Shown here in pieces: positions 9,256-17,917 of a stretch of 32,000 bases of DNA (the first letter of the stretch is position 1; each line of letters begins with the position of its first letter). The translations under genes were made by a program, and so were the position numbers. Under the pieces are notes generated by a model. That model made no database searches, was not told where the DNA came from, and was given only the letters and a program-made list of their open reading frames with translations. Source of the DNA: Desulfocapsa sulfexigens DSM 10523 (lineage in GTDB: Bacteria; Desulfobacterota; Desulfobulbia; Desulfobulbales; Desulfocapsaceae); the NCBI RefSeq assembly GCF_000341395.1, contig NC_020304.1, positions 810,001 through 842,000 of the forward strand, given 5' to 3'.

Positions 9256-10050
9256 ATGGAACATCAGAACAAACCCTGTCAAAGCCTGACCCGCCGTCAG
9301 ATGATGATCGGAACCGCGGGAGCACTTGCCGCAGGAACTGCCCTTGCACAGTTTGGGGGATTACTGAAATCCGCACACGCCGCAGGTGGATCGACTGAAA
9401 AATGGCCATGGCCCTACGAGAAACTCGATCCTGTCAAAACTGCGGAACTGGCCTATAAAGAATGGTATCGGGTTTTCTGCGGTGCGGCAGTAATCAACAG
9501 CGTTTTCAATCAATTGCAAGAAAAATTCGGAGAACCGTACACCTCTTTTCCCGATGATGCCTTTGTCTTTCTTGAGGGTGGTATGGTGGGCTGGGGCATG
9601 ACATGTGGCTCCAATGCCGGTGCGGCCATTGTTGCTAATGCGATCATAGGACCTAGAATCGCCGGAGGTAACGAAGGACACCAGATTACCGAGGATATCT
9701 TCGAATGGTATTCCGATGCCGCCATGCCGGTTTTTACGCCGAAAACCCCGAAAATCACCACTGAGCTGGTCAAGACCACCGCCGACTCCCCTCTGTGTCA
9801 CGTCTCTGTCGGCAAATGGATGAAGGCTTCCGGGTTTCACATCGGCAGCCCAGAGCGTAAAGACAGGTGTGCTCGGGTTGCAGCCAGTGTTGCCTACCAT
9901 CTTGTGGAGCTGCTCAACGATTGGCATGACAAAAAATACCAACCGACAGCCACCCATAAGCCAGTTAAGGAGTTTGGCATCACCGCTCAGATGAACTGCA
10001 TGGACTGTCACAGCGACGATGTGCCCACACCACCCATGGCCAAGAAATAA
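9256..10050 (+). CDS. Split-Soret cytochrome c / C_GCAxxG_C_C-family secreted protein with Tat-like signal
   Basis: Signal LTRRQMMIGTAGALAAGTALAQFGG; Cys-rich core VFCGAAVINSVFNQL, GWGMTCGSNAGAAIVANAIIG, SPLCHVSVGKWMKASG; C-terminal heme motif NCMDCH (CxxCH). Confidence 0.75.
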   Translation: MEHQNKPCQSLTRRQMMIGTAGALAAGTALAQFGGLLKSAHAAGGSTEKWPWPYEKLDPVKTAELAYKEWYRVFCGAAVINSVFNQLQEKFGEPYTSFPDDAFVFLEGGMVGWGMTCGSNAGAAIVANAIIGPRIAGGNEGHQITEDIFEWYSDAAMPVFTPKTPKITTELVKTTADSPLCHVSVGKWMKASGFHIGSPERKDRCARVAASVAYHLVELLNDWHDKKYQPTATHKPVKEFGITAQMNCMDCHSDDVPTPPMAKK

Positions 10051-10085
10051 CCATGGGGTGCTTGACCCATCGGAGTAAGGCGCTC

Positions 10086-10180
10086 TGAATAGCGTTTCCC
10101 CCTTCAAAACCTTTGCCGTTGCTTCCCGTCTCTGTCAGCCGGGAGTGGCGGCAAAGGCAAAGCGCCCTTCAGACTATTCA
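10086..10180. terminator. Extended hairpin downstream of the cytochrome gene, possible terminator or structured RNA
   Basis: Nested inverted repeats: TGAATAG (10086..10092)/CTATTCA (10174..10180); CCTTTGCCG (10110..10118)/CGGCAAAGG (10149..10157); TCCCG (10124..10128)/CGGGA (10140..10144). T-rich tract follows at ~10194-10206. Confidence 0.55.
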
Positions 10181-10304
10181 CCTGAGTAGTTACCTTTTTT
10201 TTCTTTTAATAGACTCCCTTGACTGAGCGTTGCTTCCCGGTATCGGCAATCAGGACAATGTTCCCTTCGGCATCTGTAAGAAAAACGGCACTGAGAGTTG
10301 TTAC

Positions 10305-10529
10305 TCAGTAACGGTGTCGCGAATCAAAGAGTGTTTCATAATCCCACCCACCATAAAAAACATTTAGACCCCGTACCGTCAATTCTGCCTCATTCACAAG
10401 GAATGCAGCAACTGCTTTGTTATCAAGAGCATAAATTCCTAAACCATCCATCAGGTCAGCCCGTAATTGACCTCTTATTGGAAAAGTTTCCAGTTCCTGA
10501 TACTTGGATTTTAGTAAGAAGTGCACCAA
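10305..10529 (-). other. Small ORF of unknown function (74 aa)
   Basis: MVHFLLKSKYQELETFPIRGQLRADLMDGLGIYALDNKAVAAFLVNEAELTVRGLNVFYGGWDYETLFDSRHRY. It overlaps the repeat boundary; coding status uncertain. Confidence 0.25.
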
Positions 10530-11218
10530 AAGGATTACGTTTCATACTGCCTGCTACTGCTACCTTGTCTGGTAAATCTGGCCATGATGGCAGTTCATAG
10601 TTACTACCTGGCCACTTTTCAGTTTCTCAATGGCACCCTTTACCCCTGTAATAACAGGAATATTTTTTTCCCGGCCAACAATTGCTGCATGCGATGTGAG
10701 CCCCGGTTGTTCGGTGATAATTCCAGCTGCGCCACTTAATTTGTCCAGCATATAATTATCGGTATAGCAGGCAACAAGAATATTCCCGACTTTAAATCCA
10801 TCAAGACTGTGGGTGTCTTCTATTACAGTAACCTCTGCCGTAACTGTTTCCTTGCCAATCCCCTGACCATGGAGGTTAATGTCTCCCACCTCATGGATCT
10901 TCAGCATATTGGTGGATCCACTTATTTTAAATGGAATGCCAGCAATAATAACAATGGTATCCCCCGATTTCATCAGATCACTTTCCATGGCACGAATGAT
11001 TGCATCGTCAAAAAGTTTATTGACCGATTCTTCGTCGGAAACTTCCAGAGGTCTCACCCCCCAGAGTAACTGCATCTGCCTCCTCACTGATGCCTCCGGG
11101 CTTGTAGCGATAATGGCCGGCTGGGGACGATGACGGGCCACCATCCGGGCGGTCTGGCCACTCTGAGTTGCAGCAAGGATGGCATGTGCCTGCAAGTCAC
11201 TGGCAATGGCACAGGCGG
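10516..11218. repeat. Direct repeat copy 2 (~703 bp)
   Basis: Counterpart of 6420..7116. Includes the clcA start region (ATGAAACGTAATCCTTTTGGTGCACTTCTTA at 10545 downward) joined to unrelated sequence. Confidence 0.93.
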
Positions 11219-12305
11219 CATAGCAGATAGCATTAGACACGGTTTGGGTCGAATACCTGGCACCTGCACTGAGCAGCTCATCGTAGGGAAGGGCAGATTC
11301 AGAAATTTCTGCATTTTTAACCAGGAAACGAACAGCCTCCAGAGGATATCCTCCAACCGCTGTTTCCCCAGACAACATCACTGCATCGGTCCCGTCAAAA
11401 ATAGCATTGGTCACATCACTGGCCTCTGCCCTGGTGGGCCTGGGACTGCCAATCATCGATTCCAGCATCTGGGTTGCGGTGATAACCGGTTTGCCATGAC
11501 GATTAGCCATCTGGATAATTTTCTTCTGAATAACCGGGACCTTCTCCGGTGGTAGTTCCACTCCGAGATCACCACGGGCCACCATCAGCCCATCAGACAA
11601 ATCAAGAATTTCTTCGAGATTGTCGAGTGCCTCCTGATTTTCAATCTTGGAAATAATCTGCTGCCTGCCTCCAACTTCTTCTATAACACGGCGGACTTCC
11701 AGAACATCTTCCCCCTTACGGATAAAGGAGGCTGCGATAAAGTCCACCTCCATCTCAGCCCCAAACTGAATATCCGAAACATCCTTATCCATCAATGGAG
11801 GTAAATTGACCTTGACCCCGGGCAGACTGACACGCTTATGCTCTCCCAGACGACCACCAACGACAACCTCGGTGCGGATATCATTTCCATGGAGACTTAA
11901 AACACGCAACGCCAGCTTACCATCATCGAGAAGAACGGTGTCGCCAATGTTCACATCATCGCAAAGGCCCTGATAATTCACGCCAATCCGCTCAGACGTT
12001 GCCGCAACTGTATCGATTGTCAAAAAGAATGTCTGTCCCTGCTGAAGCGTAATAAAACCTTCATCAATATCACTGGTTCGAATTTCAGGCCCCCGGGTAT
12101 CGAGAAGAATAGCGGTTTCACACCCAGCCCTGGCTCTAGCTGTCTTGATTGCAGCAATGAAGGCTGCCTGAGACTCGTGGTCTCCGTGAGAAAGATTGAC
12201 ACGAAAAACGTCCACCCCGGCCAGGATCAGCTCATGAATCTGCTCCACAGTATTACTAGCAGGCCCCAGCGTTGCTATAATTTTTGTTTTTCTCATTGTT
12301 TTCAC
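10560..12305 (-). CDS. pyk: Pyruvate kinase with C-terminal PEP-utilizer (phosphohistidine-like) domain
   Basis: MRKTKIIATLGPASNTVEQIHELILAGVDVFRVNLSHGDH, GDLGVELPPEKVPVIQKKII, MIGSPRPTRAEASDVTNAIFDGTDAVMLSGETAVG; extra C-terminal GAAGIITEQPGLTSHAAIVGREKNIPVITGV. GTG start at 12305 or ATG at 12297. Confidence 0.95.
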   Translation of the reverse strand: MKTMRKTKIIATLGPASNTVEQIHELILAGVDVFRVNLSHGDHESQAAFIAAIKTARARAGCETAILLDTRGPEIRTSDIDEGFITLQQGQTFFLTIDTVAATSERIGVNYQGLCDDVNIGDTVLLDDGKLALRVLSLHGNDIRTEVVVGGRLGEHKRVSLPGVKVNLPPLMDKDVSDIQFGAEMEVDFIAASFIRKGEDVLEVRRVIEEVGGRQQIISKIENQEALDNLEEILDLSDGLMVARGDLGVELPPEKVPVIQKKIIQMANRHGKPVITATQMLESMIGSPRPTRAEASDVTNAIFDGTDAVMLSGETAVGGYPLEAVRFLVKNAEISESALPYDELLSAGARYSTQTVSNAICYAACAIASDLQAHAILAATQSGQTARMVARHRPQPAIIATSPEASVRRQMQLLWGVRPLEVSDEESVNKLFDDAIIRAMESDLMKSGDTIVIIAGIPFKISGSTNMLKIHEVGDINLHGQGIGKETVTAEVTVIEDTHSLDGFKVGNILVACYTDNYMLDKLSGAAGIITEQPGLTSHAAIVGREKNIPVITGVKGAIEKLKSGQVVTMNCHHGQIYQTR

Positions 12306-12477
12306 CTGTTACTGTCGTATAGTTCCTCAACTATTTCACTGATAGCTCAACTTTCAGACTTGTGGTTATGGAGCAATCTGTTACATGAATAGTAACCATT
12401 ATACAATTAAACCAGGCTAAAGGCCAAAGGTGAAAAAAATTGATAAAAGCTATCGCCACACTCCCAGCTGAACAACT

Positions 12478-14670
12478 ATGCGCATTTCCCTTCGCCTGAA
12501 ACTTACACTTATTTCCCTGCTGCTCCTGCTGATCCCCCTGATCGGATTCAGGTTCAGCGCCATGCTGCAGTCAAGTCTCCTTGCCAGCCGGGAAGATGCC
12601 CTGATGTTCACAGCAAAAGCAGTGGCCACTGCTCTTGCCAATCGCCCGGATATCTTTGACCGTGAGCTATTCCACTCCCTCGATCAAAGTCGTGATCTCT
12701 ATCTTCTCCGTCTTTCAAGCTCCATCCGCCTCAATGGAAAAGTGGATGACTGGCAGCCTGAACTTGATCAGAGTGATACCTTTGGAATTGAGCACGTCCT
12801 CGCCACCACTTCGCCCTATAAGCCGGGATCTCTCACCTTTCGACATCTGGTCGGACAACGCGGGAAATACCTCTATGCTCTGTTTCTTGTCCATGATGAC
12901 AAGGTGAGGTACCGCCACAAAAACTCTCTCTACCCAGAAAAAGCTGATCATATTCAAATAGGAATACAAGATCCTGCAGGAGAACTTCACAGATACCTGC
13001 TGACCGCAGAGGAGCCTGGATGGGTCAACGGCTTTCAGATGGCAGCTGATCCGGAGAACCAGATCCCCATAGCGAACGAGCCACGCATTCAGGGTGTGTG
13101 GACAGAGACTGAGGATGGCTACATTGTTGAAATGCGCATTCCGCTGGATATGATTGGTAAACGACTGGCCTTTGCCGTGGCAGATGTGGATAATGCCGAG
13201 ACACTGGAGATAGAAACGCTCATCGGCACAGCAAATCCGGATCAAATCGGTGAACTGGGCTGGCTTCTTGCCCCGTCCCGTGATATCGAAGCCCTGCTAA
13301 AACGTCTTGACAGGCCGCATTCACGTATCAGAATTGTCGACAGCAACAGACGGGTTCGGGCCCGCTTTGGTAGCCTAGAAACCATAGCTCCCCCCGAATC
13401 TGACCAGGCCAGAGAGCAATCATCTCTGCTTAACTGGCTTCATCGCCAGCTCAGCCCGGTATATCGTCTTTTCACAGAACCCTTCACCACAACCTTCACC
13501 ACAGCAGGTTCCCAGGCAAAACAACTCGATATTATGGGGATAGAAGAAGGGCTCCTTGGTAAATCGAGCATTACACACTACCAGCTGGATGACGCCCAGG
13601 TGGAGGTGATGGCAGCTATCACACCATTAGTAGATGGAAATACAATTGTTGGAGCTGTGGTTGTAGAGCAGACAACCAATTCCATTCTGGCCTTAAAAAA
13701 TCGCATGATAGAAGAGTCCATCGGACTCACGGTAATGGCCTTTGTCATCATTGGACTTGGCCTGCTGTTTTTTGCCTCACGGATTTCGAGTCGCATCAGG
13801 CGACTACGCAATCAGGCGGCCAATGCCATCAGTGACGATGGACGAATTATCGCCGAGATTACCGCAGTGCGTGCAAAAGACGAAATCGGTGATCTTGCAC
13901 GAACTCTTTCCACCATGCTCGGTCAGCTTAAAGAACAGAACGAATACCGGGAAAACATGGCCGATAACCTCGAACACGAAATGCGCACCCCCCTGGCCGG
14001 TATTGCAGCTTCTCTGAAAAATATGGAGAAAGAGCTGACAAATCCCGACAAACAGCTGAAAGAATATATGGGCTGGGCCTTACGTGATGTCCAGCGCATG
14101 GAGTCCCTCCTCACTGCAATCCGGGATGCCACCAGCATCCAGGATGCTTTGGAACGTGATTTTCCAGAAGACTTTGACCTTGGGGCTGCCCTGGCGATCT
14201 GGGTCGAACATGGTTGGCAACCCGGATACCCCGACGTTGTTTTCAGGTATAATGTACCCGAACAGCCACTTTTTATTTATGGTGACCCGGACAGACTGCG
14301 GCAGATGATAGAAAAACTTATCGACAATGCGGTTTCTTTCCATATACCAGAAACACCTGTCGTACTCTCGCTCTCCAGTGATCAGGAAGGCATCAAGCTC
14401 AGTATCTGCAATCAGGGCCCGACCATTGCTCCGGAGATGCTGGGTCAGATCTTCAACTCCATGGTTTCCCTCCGTACCCGGAAGGATAGCAGCCCTCACC
14501 TCGGCCTCGGCTTATACATTGTCCGTACCATTGTAGAACACCATCATGGAACAATCCGGGTTGAAAATAGAACTGAGGGAAAAGGCGGTGTCTGTGTTAT
14601 TGTGAACCTGCCCCAAACACCAAAACCCGCAAAAGCAGATCATCAAGATGACTATCCTCTATCAAGATAA
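12478..14670 (+). CDS. pdsS: Sensor histidine kinase resembling the proteobacterial dedicated sortase system kinase (PdsS)
   Basis: 730 aa; N-terminal TM, periplasmic region with CBM9-like start (SSIRLNGKVDDWQPELDQSD...RHKNSLYPEKADHIQIGI), second TM, HAMP-like linker, H-box HEMRTPLAGIAAS, ATPase RLRQMIEKLIDNAVSF and HLGLGLYIVRTIVEHHHG. Confidence 0.75.
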   Translation: MRISLRLKLTLISLLLLLIPLIGFRFSAMLQSSLLASREDALMFTAKAVATALANRPDIFDRELFHSLDQSRDLYLLRLSSSIRLNGKVDDWQPELDQSDTFGIEHVLATTSPYKPGSLTFRHLVGQRGKYLYALFLVHDDKVRYRHKNSLYPEKADHIQIGIQDPAGELHRYLLTAEEPGWVNGFQMAADPENQIPIANEPRIQGVWTETEDGYIVEMRIPLDMIGKRLAFAVADVDNAETLEIETLIGTANPDQIGELGWLLAPSRDIEALLKRLDRPHSRIRIVDSNRRVRARFGSLETIAPPESDQAREQSSLLNWLHRQLSPVYRLFTEPFTTTFTTAGSQAKQLDIMGIEEGLLGKSSITHYQLDDAQVEVMAAITPLVDGNTIVGAVVVEQTTNSILALKNRMIEESIGLTVMAFVIIGLGLLFFASRISSRIRRLRNQAANAISDDGRIIAEITAVRAKDEIGDLARTLSTMLGQLKEQNEYRENMADNLEHEMRTPLAGIAASLKNMEKELTNPDKQLKEYMGWALRDVQRMESLLTAIRDATSIQDALERDFPEDFDLGAALAIWVEHGWQPGYPDVVFRYNVPEQPLFIYGDPDRLRQMIEKLIDNAVSFHIPETPVVLSLSSDQEGIKLSICNQGPTIAPEMLGQIFNSMVSLRTRKDSSPHLGLGLYIVRTIVEHHHGTIRVENRTEGKGGVCVIVNLPQTPKPAKADHQDDYPLSR

Positions 14671-16177
14671 CAGATGGCTTGTAATTAACAAACCCTCCGG
14701 CATATCCACCCACAGGGCTCACCCCGGTGACCTTGGTATTGTGGAATGGCTGGACCTGCACCACAAACTGAAGGTGTATACCTGTTCACGGCTTGATAAG
14801 GGGACCAGCGGAGTGCTTCTCTTTGCTCTGGCTCCAGATGGTGTTGCCGAAGCGCAGAGTGTTCACGAGGACGAACGATCACGTAAAACCTATTACTTCA
14901 TAGCCGAAAAAACATCCCAGAGTTCCTGGTTCTGTGATGCCCCCCTCGACGGCAAGCCCTGCAGCACCCACTTCAGTACAGTCAGAGAAGGTGTCACCAG
15001 CGCTCTTTACAAAGCGGTTATCAATCGCGGCCGTACCCACCAGATCAGACGTCACGCGGCGTCATCGGGGATTCCCCTTCTTGGTGATCCCGAGTACAAG
15101 GGAGCAGACTTCGCCAGATTATCTCTCCACTGCGCGATGGTGGAATGGCCGGGAATTTCCCAGACACTGCACGCCCCCCTGCCACAGTGGTTTGAGTTCT
15201 GGCTGGATAGCAAACCACAGGAAGCAGGGTACCTCGCACTGGTCGAACAGCGCTATCCCTTCCTCTCTTCTGTTACCGATTGCTGCCGACTCCTGCATCG
15301 TGGTGAATATTCCAAAGATATCGCCATTGATAAGTACGGTGACTGGCTCTGCGCAACTGGCTACAGGGAAACGGTTCCGGCACGGCAGGTTCTGCAGGCA
15401 CACAAAGATCTGCTCACCACTCTCTGTGAAATCTGTAACTGCAAGGGCGGGGTGATAAAAACCAATCTGCGAGACCCCCATAAAAACAGACTTTTTGCGG
15501 ATATTGCCGCCTGGGGAGACCCCATTCCCGACTCTTTTCTGGTACGCGAACACGATCTTCACTTCAAGGTACAGTTAAACGACAGACAACACACAGGACT
15601 TTTCCTCGACCAGCGGGATTCCAGGAGCCGGATTGCAGAAATTGCCAAAGGAAAGCGAGTAGTAAATCTGTTTGCCTTCACCTGTTCCTTCTCTGTCTAT
15701 GCACTTGCCGCAGAGGCAGAAGTAGTATTTTCGGTGGATCTTGCCGCAGGATGTCTCAAACAGGGGCAGGAGAATGTTGCCATTAATCAACTGGCAGAAG
15801 CAGGAAATGCCAAATTCATAAAAGAAGACACCCGTAAATGGCTGTCCCGGCAGCTTCGTAACAAGCAAAATAATCCTCGCCAGTTTACTCCCTTTGATCT
15901 TGTAATCTGTGATCCTCCAGTATTTGCTTCCGGAGGCAGGGGAAAAAGCTTTCATGTGGAAAAAGAATGGCCTGGACTCGCAGATGGAGTAAGTAACATT
16001 CTCGCAAATGATGGCATAGCACTCTTTGCCAACAATCACCAGGGAGGTGCGGAACCCTTTTATTACGACACTCTACGCAAGGTTTTCAGTGAAGTCACCC
16101 GGTTAAATCCACCTTTGGATTTTCCACAGGTGGGGACGCGGACTTCTCATGTTAATATCTACTGGTGTCAAAAATAA
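14648..16177 (+). CDS. Fusion protein: RluA-family pseudouridine synthase + RlmI-like class I SAM-dependent RNA methyltransferase
   Basis: N-terminal RluA motifs (INKPSGISTH, SRLDKGTSGVLLFA, NRGRTHQIRRHAASSGIPLLGDPEY). C-terminal MTase motifs (HTGLFLDQRDSR..., VVNLFAFTCSFSVYAL, FDLVICDPPVFASGG). Confidence 0.88.
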   Translation: MTILYQDNRWLVINKPSGISTHRAHPGDLGIVEWLDLHHKLKVYTCSRLDKGTSGVLLFALAPDGVAEAQSVHEDERSRKTYYFIAEKTSQSSWFCDAPLDGKPCSTHFSTVREGVTSALYKAVINRGRTHQIRRHAASSGIPLLGDPEYKGADFARLSLHCAMVEWPGISQTLHAPLPQWFEFWLDSKPQEAGYLALVEQRYPFLSSVTDCCRLLHRGEYSKDIAIDKYGDWLCATGYRETVPARQVLQAHKDLLTTLCEICNCKGGVIKTNLRDPHKNRLFADIAAWGDPIPDSFLVREHDLHFKVQLNDRQHTGLFLDQRDSRSRIAEIAKGKRVVNLFAFTCSFSVYALAAEAEVVFSVDLAAGCLKQGQENVAINQLAEAGNAKFIKEDTRKWLSRQLRNKQNNPRQFTPFDLVICDPPVFASGGRGKSFHVEKEWPGLADGVSNILANDGIALFANNHQGGAEPFYYDTLRKVFSEVTRLNPPLDFPQVGTRTSHVNIYWCQK

Positions 16178-16291
16178 TATCAACCCTTGACTGAAAGGCG
16201 ATTATCCTGCTATTGCTTCAGAATAGACTTGTAAGTACCATTCCCCCTCAACTGAGTGTCAGTTCCCGGATCAAAGGATAGGAGAAGTGTC

Positions 16292-17164
16292 ATGATGAAC
16301 AGGATATTCGAACTGATCACCTGGATTTTTGACCCCCTTCATCATTTTTACGAGCACGAAAAAGTACACCGGAAGATTTCCTTTGTGCTGGTACTAATCT
16401 TTATCTCCGGCCTTCTGATAATAGAATTAAAACGTCGGCAACTCCTTCCGGCAGAGCTGGCTCCCATCATTCCTAAAAATCACTTCTATGCCATCAGCTG
16501 GGCATTTACGATGATTCTTGTCCTGGAGGTCATCAGCCTTATTTTCACCCTCCCCTGTTCGTTCTCACGCTCCGTTGGTAAACAGTTCGAGATTCTCTCT
16601 CTGATACTGATACGTAACGCCTTCAAGGAACTCTCCTATTTTCAGGAACCGGTAACATTTATCGGCAACGAAGAAAGTATTCTTCATATTTTATCAAACG
16701 GTTTTGGTGCTTTCCTGATCTTTGCCCTGCTGAGTGTCTATTACAAACTGCAGAAGGACAGCTATAACGAACGAGATCACATTGATAATATATTTAATTT
16801 TGTAGCCGCAAAAAAAGGTGTCGCCCTGGTATTACTTATCTCTTTTGCAGGCATGGGAGCGCATTCTTTTTATCTCACCACAGTTGGCATAGAGCATACA
16901 GATTTTTTTCATGGATTTTATACCCTGCTGATCATCACCGATATTTTAGTGGTGCTTATCGCCCAGTGTTTTCATCCGGCCTTTTATACAATTTTCCGCA
17001 ATTCAGGTTTTGCCCTTTCCACATTGATTATCCGTCTTGCTCTGGTTGCACCGGTTTATTTTGATGTCCTGCTTGGAGTAGCCGCCATTATCCTGGCCAT
17101 TTTACTTACGGTGATCAGTGGCAGGATGTTTCCAGGGCATGAATATTCGGAGATGAAAAACTAA
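16292..17164 (+). CDS. Multi-pass membrane protein of unknown function
   Basis: Several predicted TM segments; ATG at 16292 preceded by GGAGAAG ribosome-binding-like sequence. Confidence 0.65.
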   Translation: MMNRIFELITWIFDPLHHFYEHEKVHRKISFVLVLIFISGLLIIELKRRQLLPAELAPIIPKNHFYAISWAFTMILVLEVISLIFTLPCSFSRSVGKQFEILSLILIRNAFKELSYFQEPVTFIGNEESILHILSNGFGAFLIFALLSVYYKLQKDSYNERDHIDNIFNFVAAKKGVALVLLISFAGMGAHSFYLTTVGIEHTDFFHGFYTLLIITDILVVLIAQCFHPAFYTIFRNSGFALSTLIIRLALVAPVYFDVLLGVAAIILAILLTVISGRMFPGHEYSEMKN

Positions 17165-17181
17165 GGTTGTAAAAAAAAGTC

Positions 17182-17853
17182 TTACTTTTGGGCAAGCCAG
17201 ATCATATGGCGGCTTCCCCCTTTCTGTCCTCGTGCCCGGACCGTTACCTCTTTCACCGAAAATCCTGTCTGAAAGAGCCGCTTTGAAAAGGCAGGATCAG
17301 GACTGGCTGACCAGACAGCAAGGATCCCGGCAGGCTTCAGGGCAGTATAGGTCGCCTTAAGTCCCGGCCAGCCATAAAGCCAGTTGTTATCACTTCGAGT
17401 CAAACCATCGGGACCGTTATCCACATCAAGCATCACGGCATCATACATCTGCTGCTCCGCTTGTAAAATCAGAGCGACATCGCACTCCTGCACCGTTATT
17501 CTGCTGTCGGTCAAAGGATATCCGGCAAGATGTCCCAGGGGACCTCGGTTCCATGCAACCACCGCAGGCACCAGTTCAGCCACTACCACCTGAGCCTGAG
17601 AACCAAGGTTCTGCAATGCTGCCGCCGCCGTGAAGCCCATCCCCAATCCGCCGACCAAAACCTTTGACGATGGATGCTTGGCAAATCGTGCACAAACACA
17701 TTCGGCCAAAGCATCCTCCGAACCGTGAACACGGCTATTCATCAATTCACAGCCATCCACCCGTATGGAAAATTCAGTATCCCGCCTGTAGAGATAAAGC
17801 GTTTCTGAACCTCCCGGCACCGGGCTGCTATCGACTAATTCCCAGGGGATCAT
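17182..17853 (-). CDS. Spermidine synthase-like / Rossmann-fold methyltransferase-like protein
   Basis: 223 aa; SKVLVGGLGMGFTAAAAL, VVVAELVPAVVAWNRG, YDAVMLDVDNGPDGL, typical of polyamine-synthase-like proteins. Confidence 0.72.
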   Translation of the reverse strand: MIPWELVDSSPVPGGSETLYLYRRDTEFSIRVDGCELMNSRVHGSEDALAECVCARFAKHPSSKVLVGGLGMGFTAAAALQNLGSQAQVVVAELVPAVVAWNRGPLGHLAGYPLTDSRITVQECDVALILQAEQQMYDAVMLDVDNGPDGLTRSDNNWLYGWPGLKATYTALKPAGILAVWSASPDPAFSKRLFQTGFSVKEVTVRARGQKGGSRHMIWLAQK

Positions 17854-17917
17854 TTCAATACCAATTACCTTCGCTTTTCACAAACGTGTCTTCAATAAAG
17901 ACGAACAAGTCAACAGA

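Noticed and set aside
9361-10107. 248-aa minus-strand ORF overlapping the split-Soret-type gene
   Set aside because: Antisense shadow of a gene with clear signal peptide and cysteine/heme motifs; its translation shows no recognisable family.
10298-10739. ORFs spanning the second repeat boundary (10298..10600, 10521..10739)
   Set aside because: Low-complexity-like translations antisense to the pyk 3' end or crossing the breakpoint; no supporting motifs.
6420-11218. Simple tandem duplication or composite transposon for the pyk repeat
   Set aside because: The intervening 3.4 kb is unique, repeat ends show no terminal inverted repeats and no transposase is present; single-crossover integration fits better.
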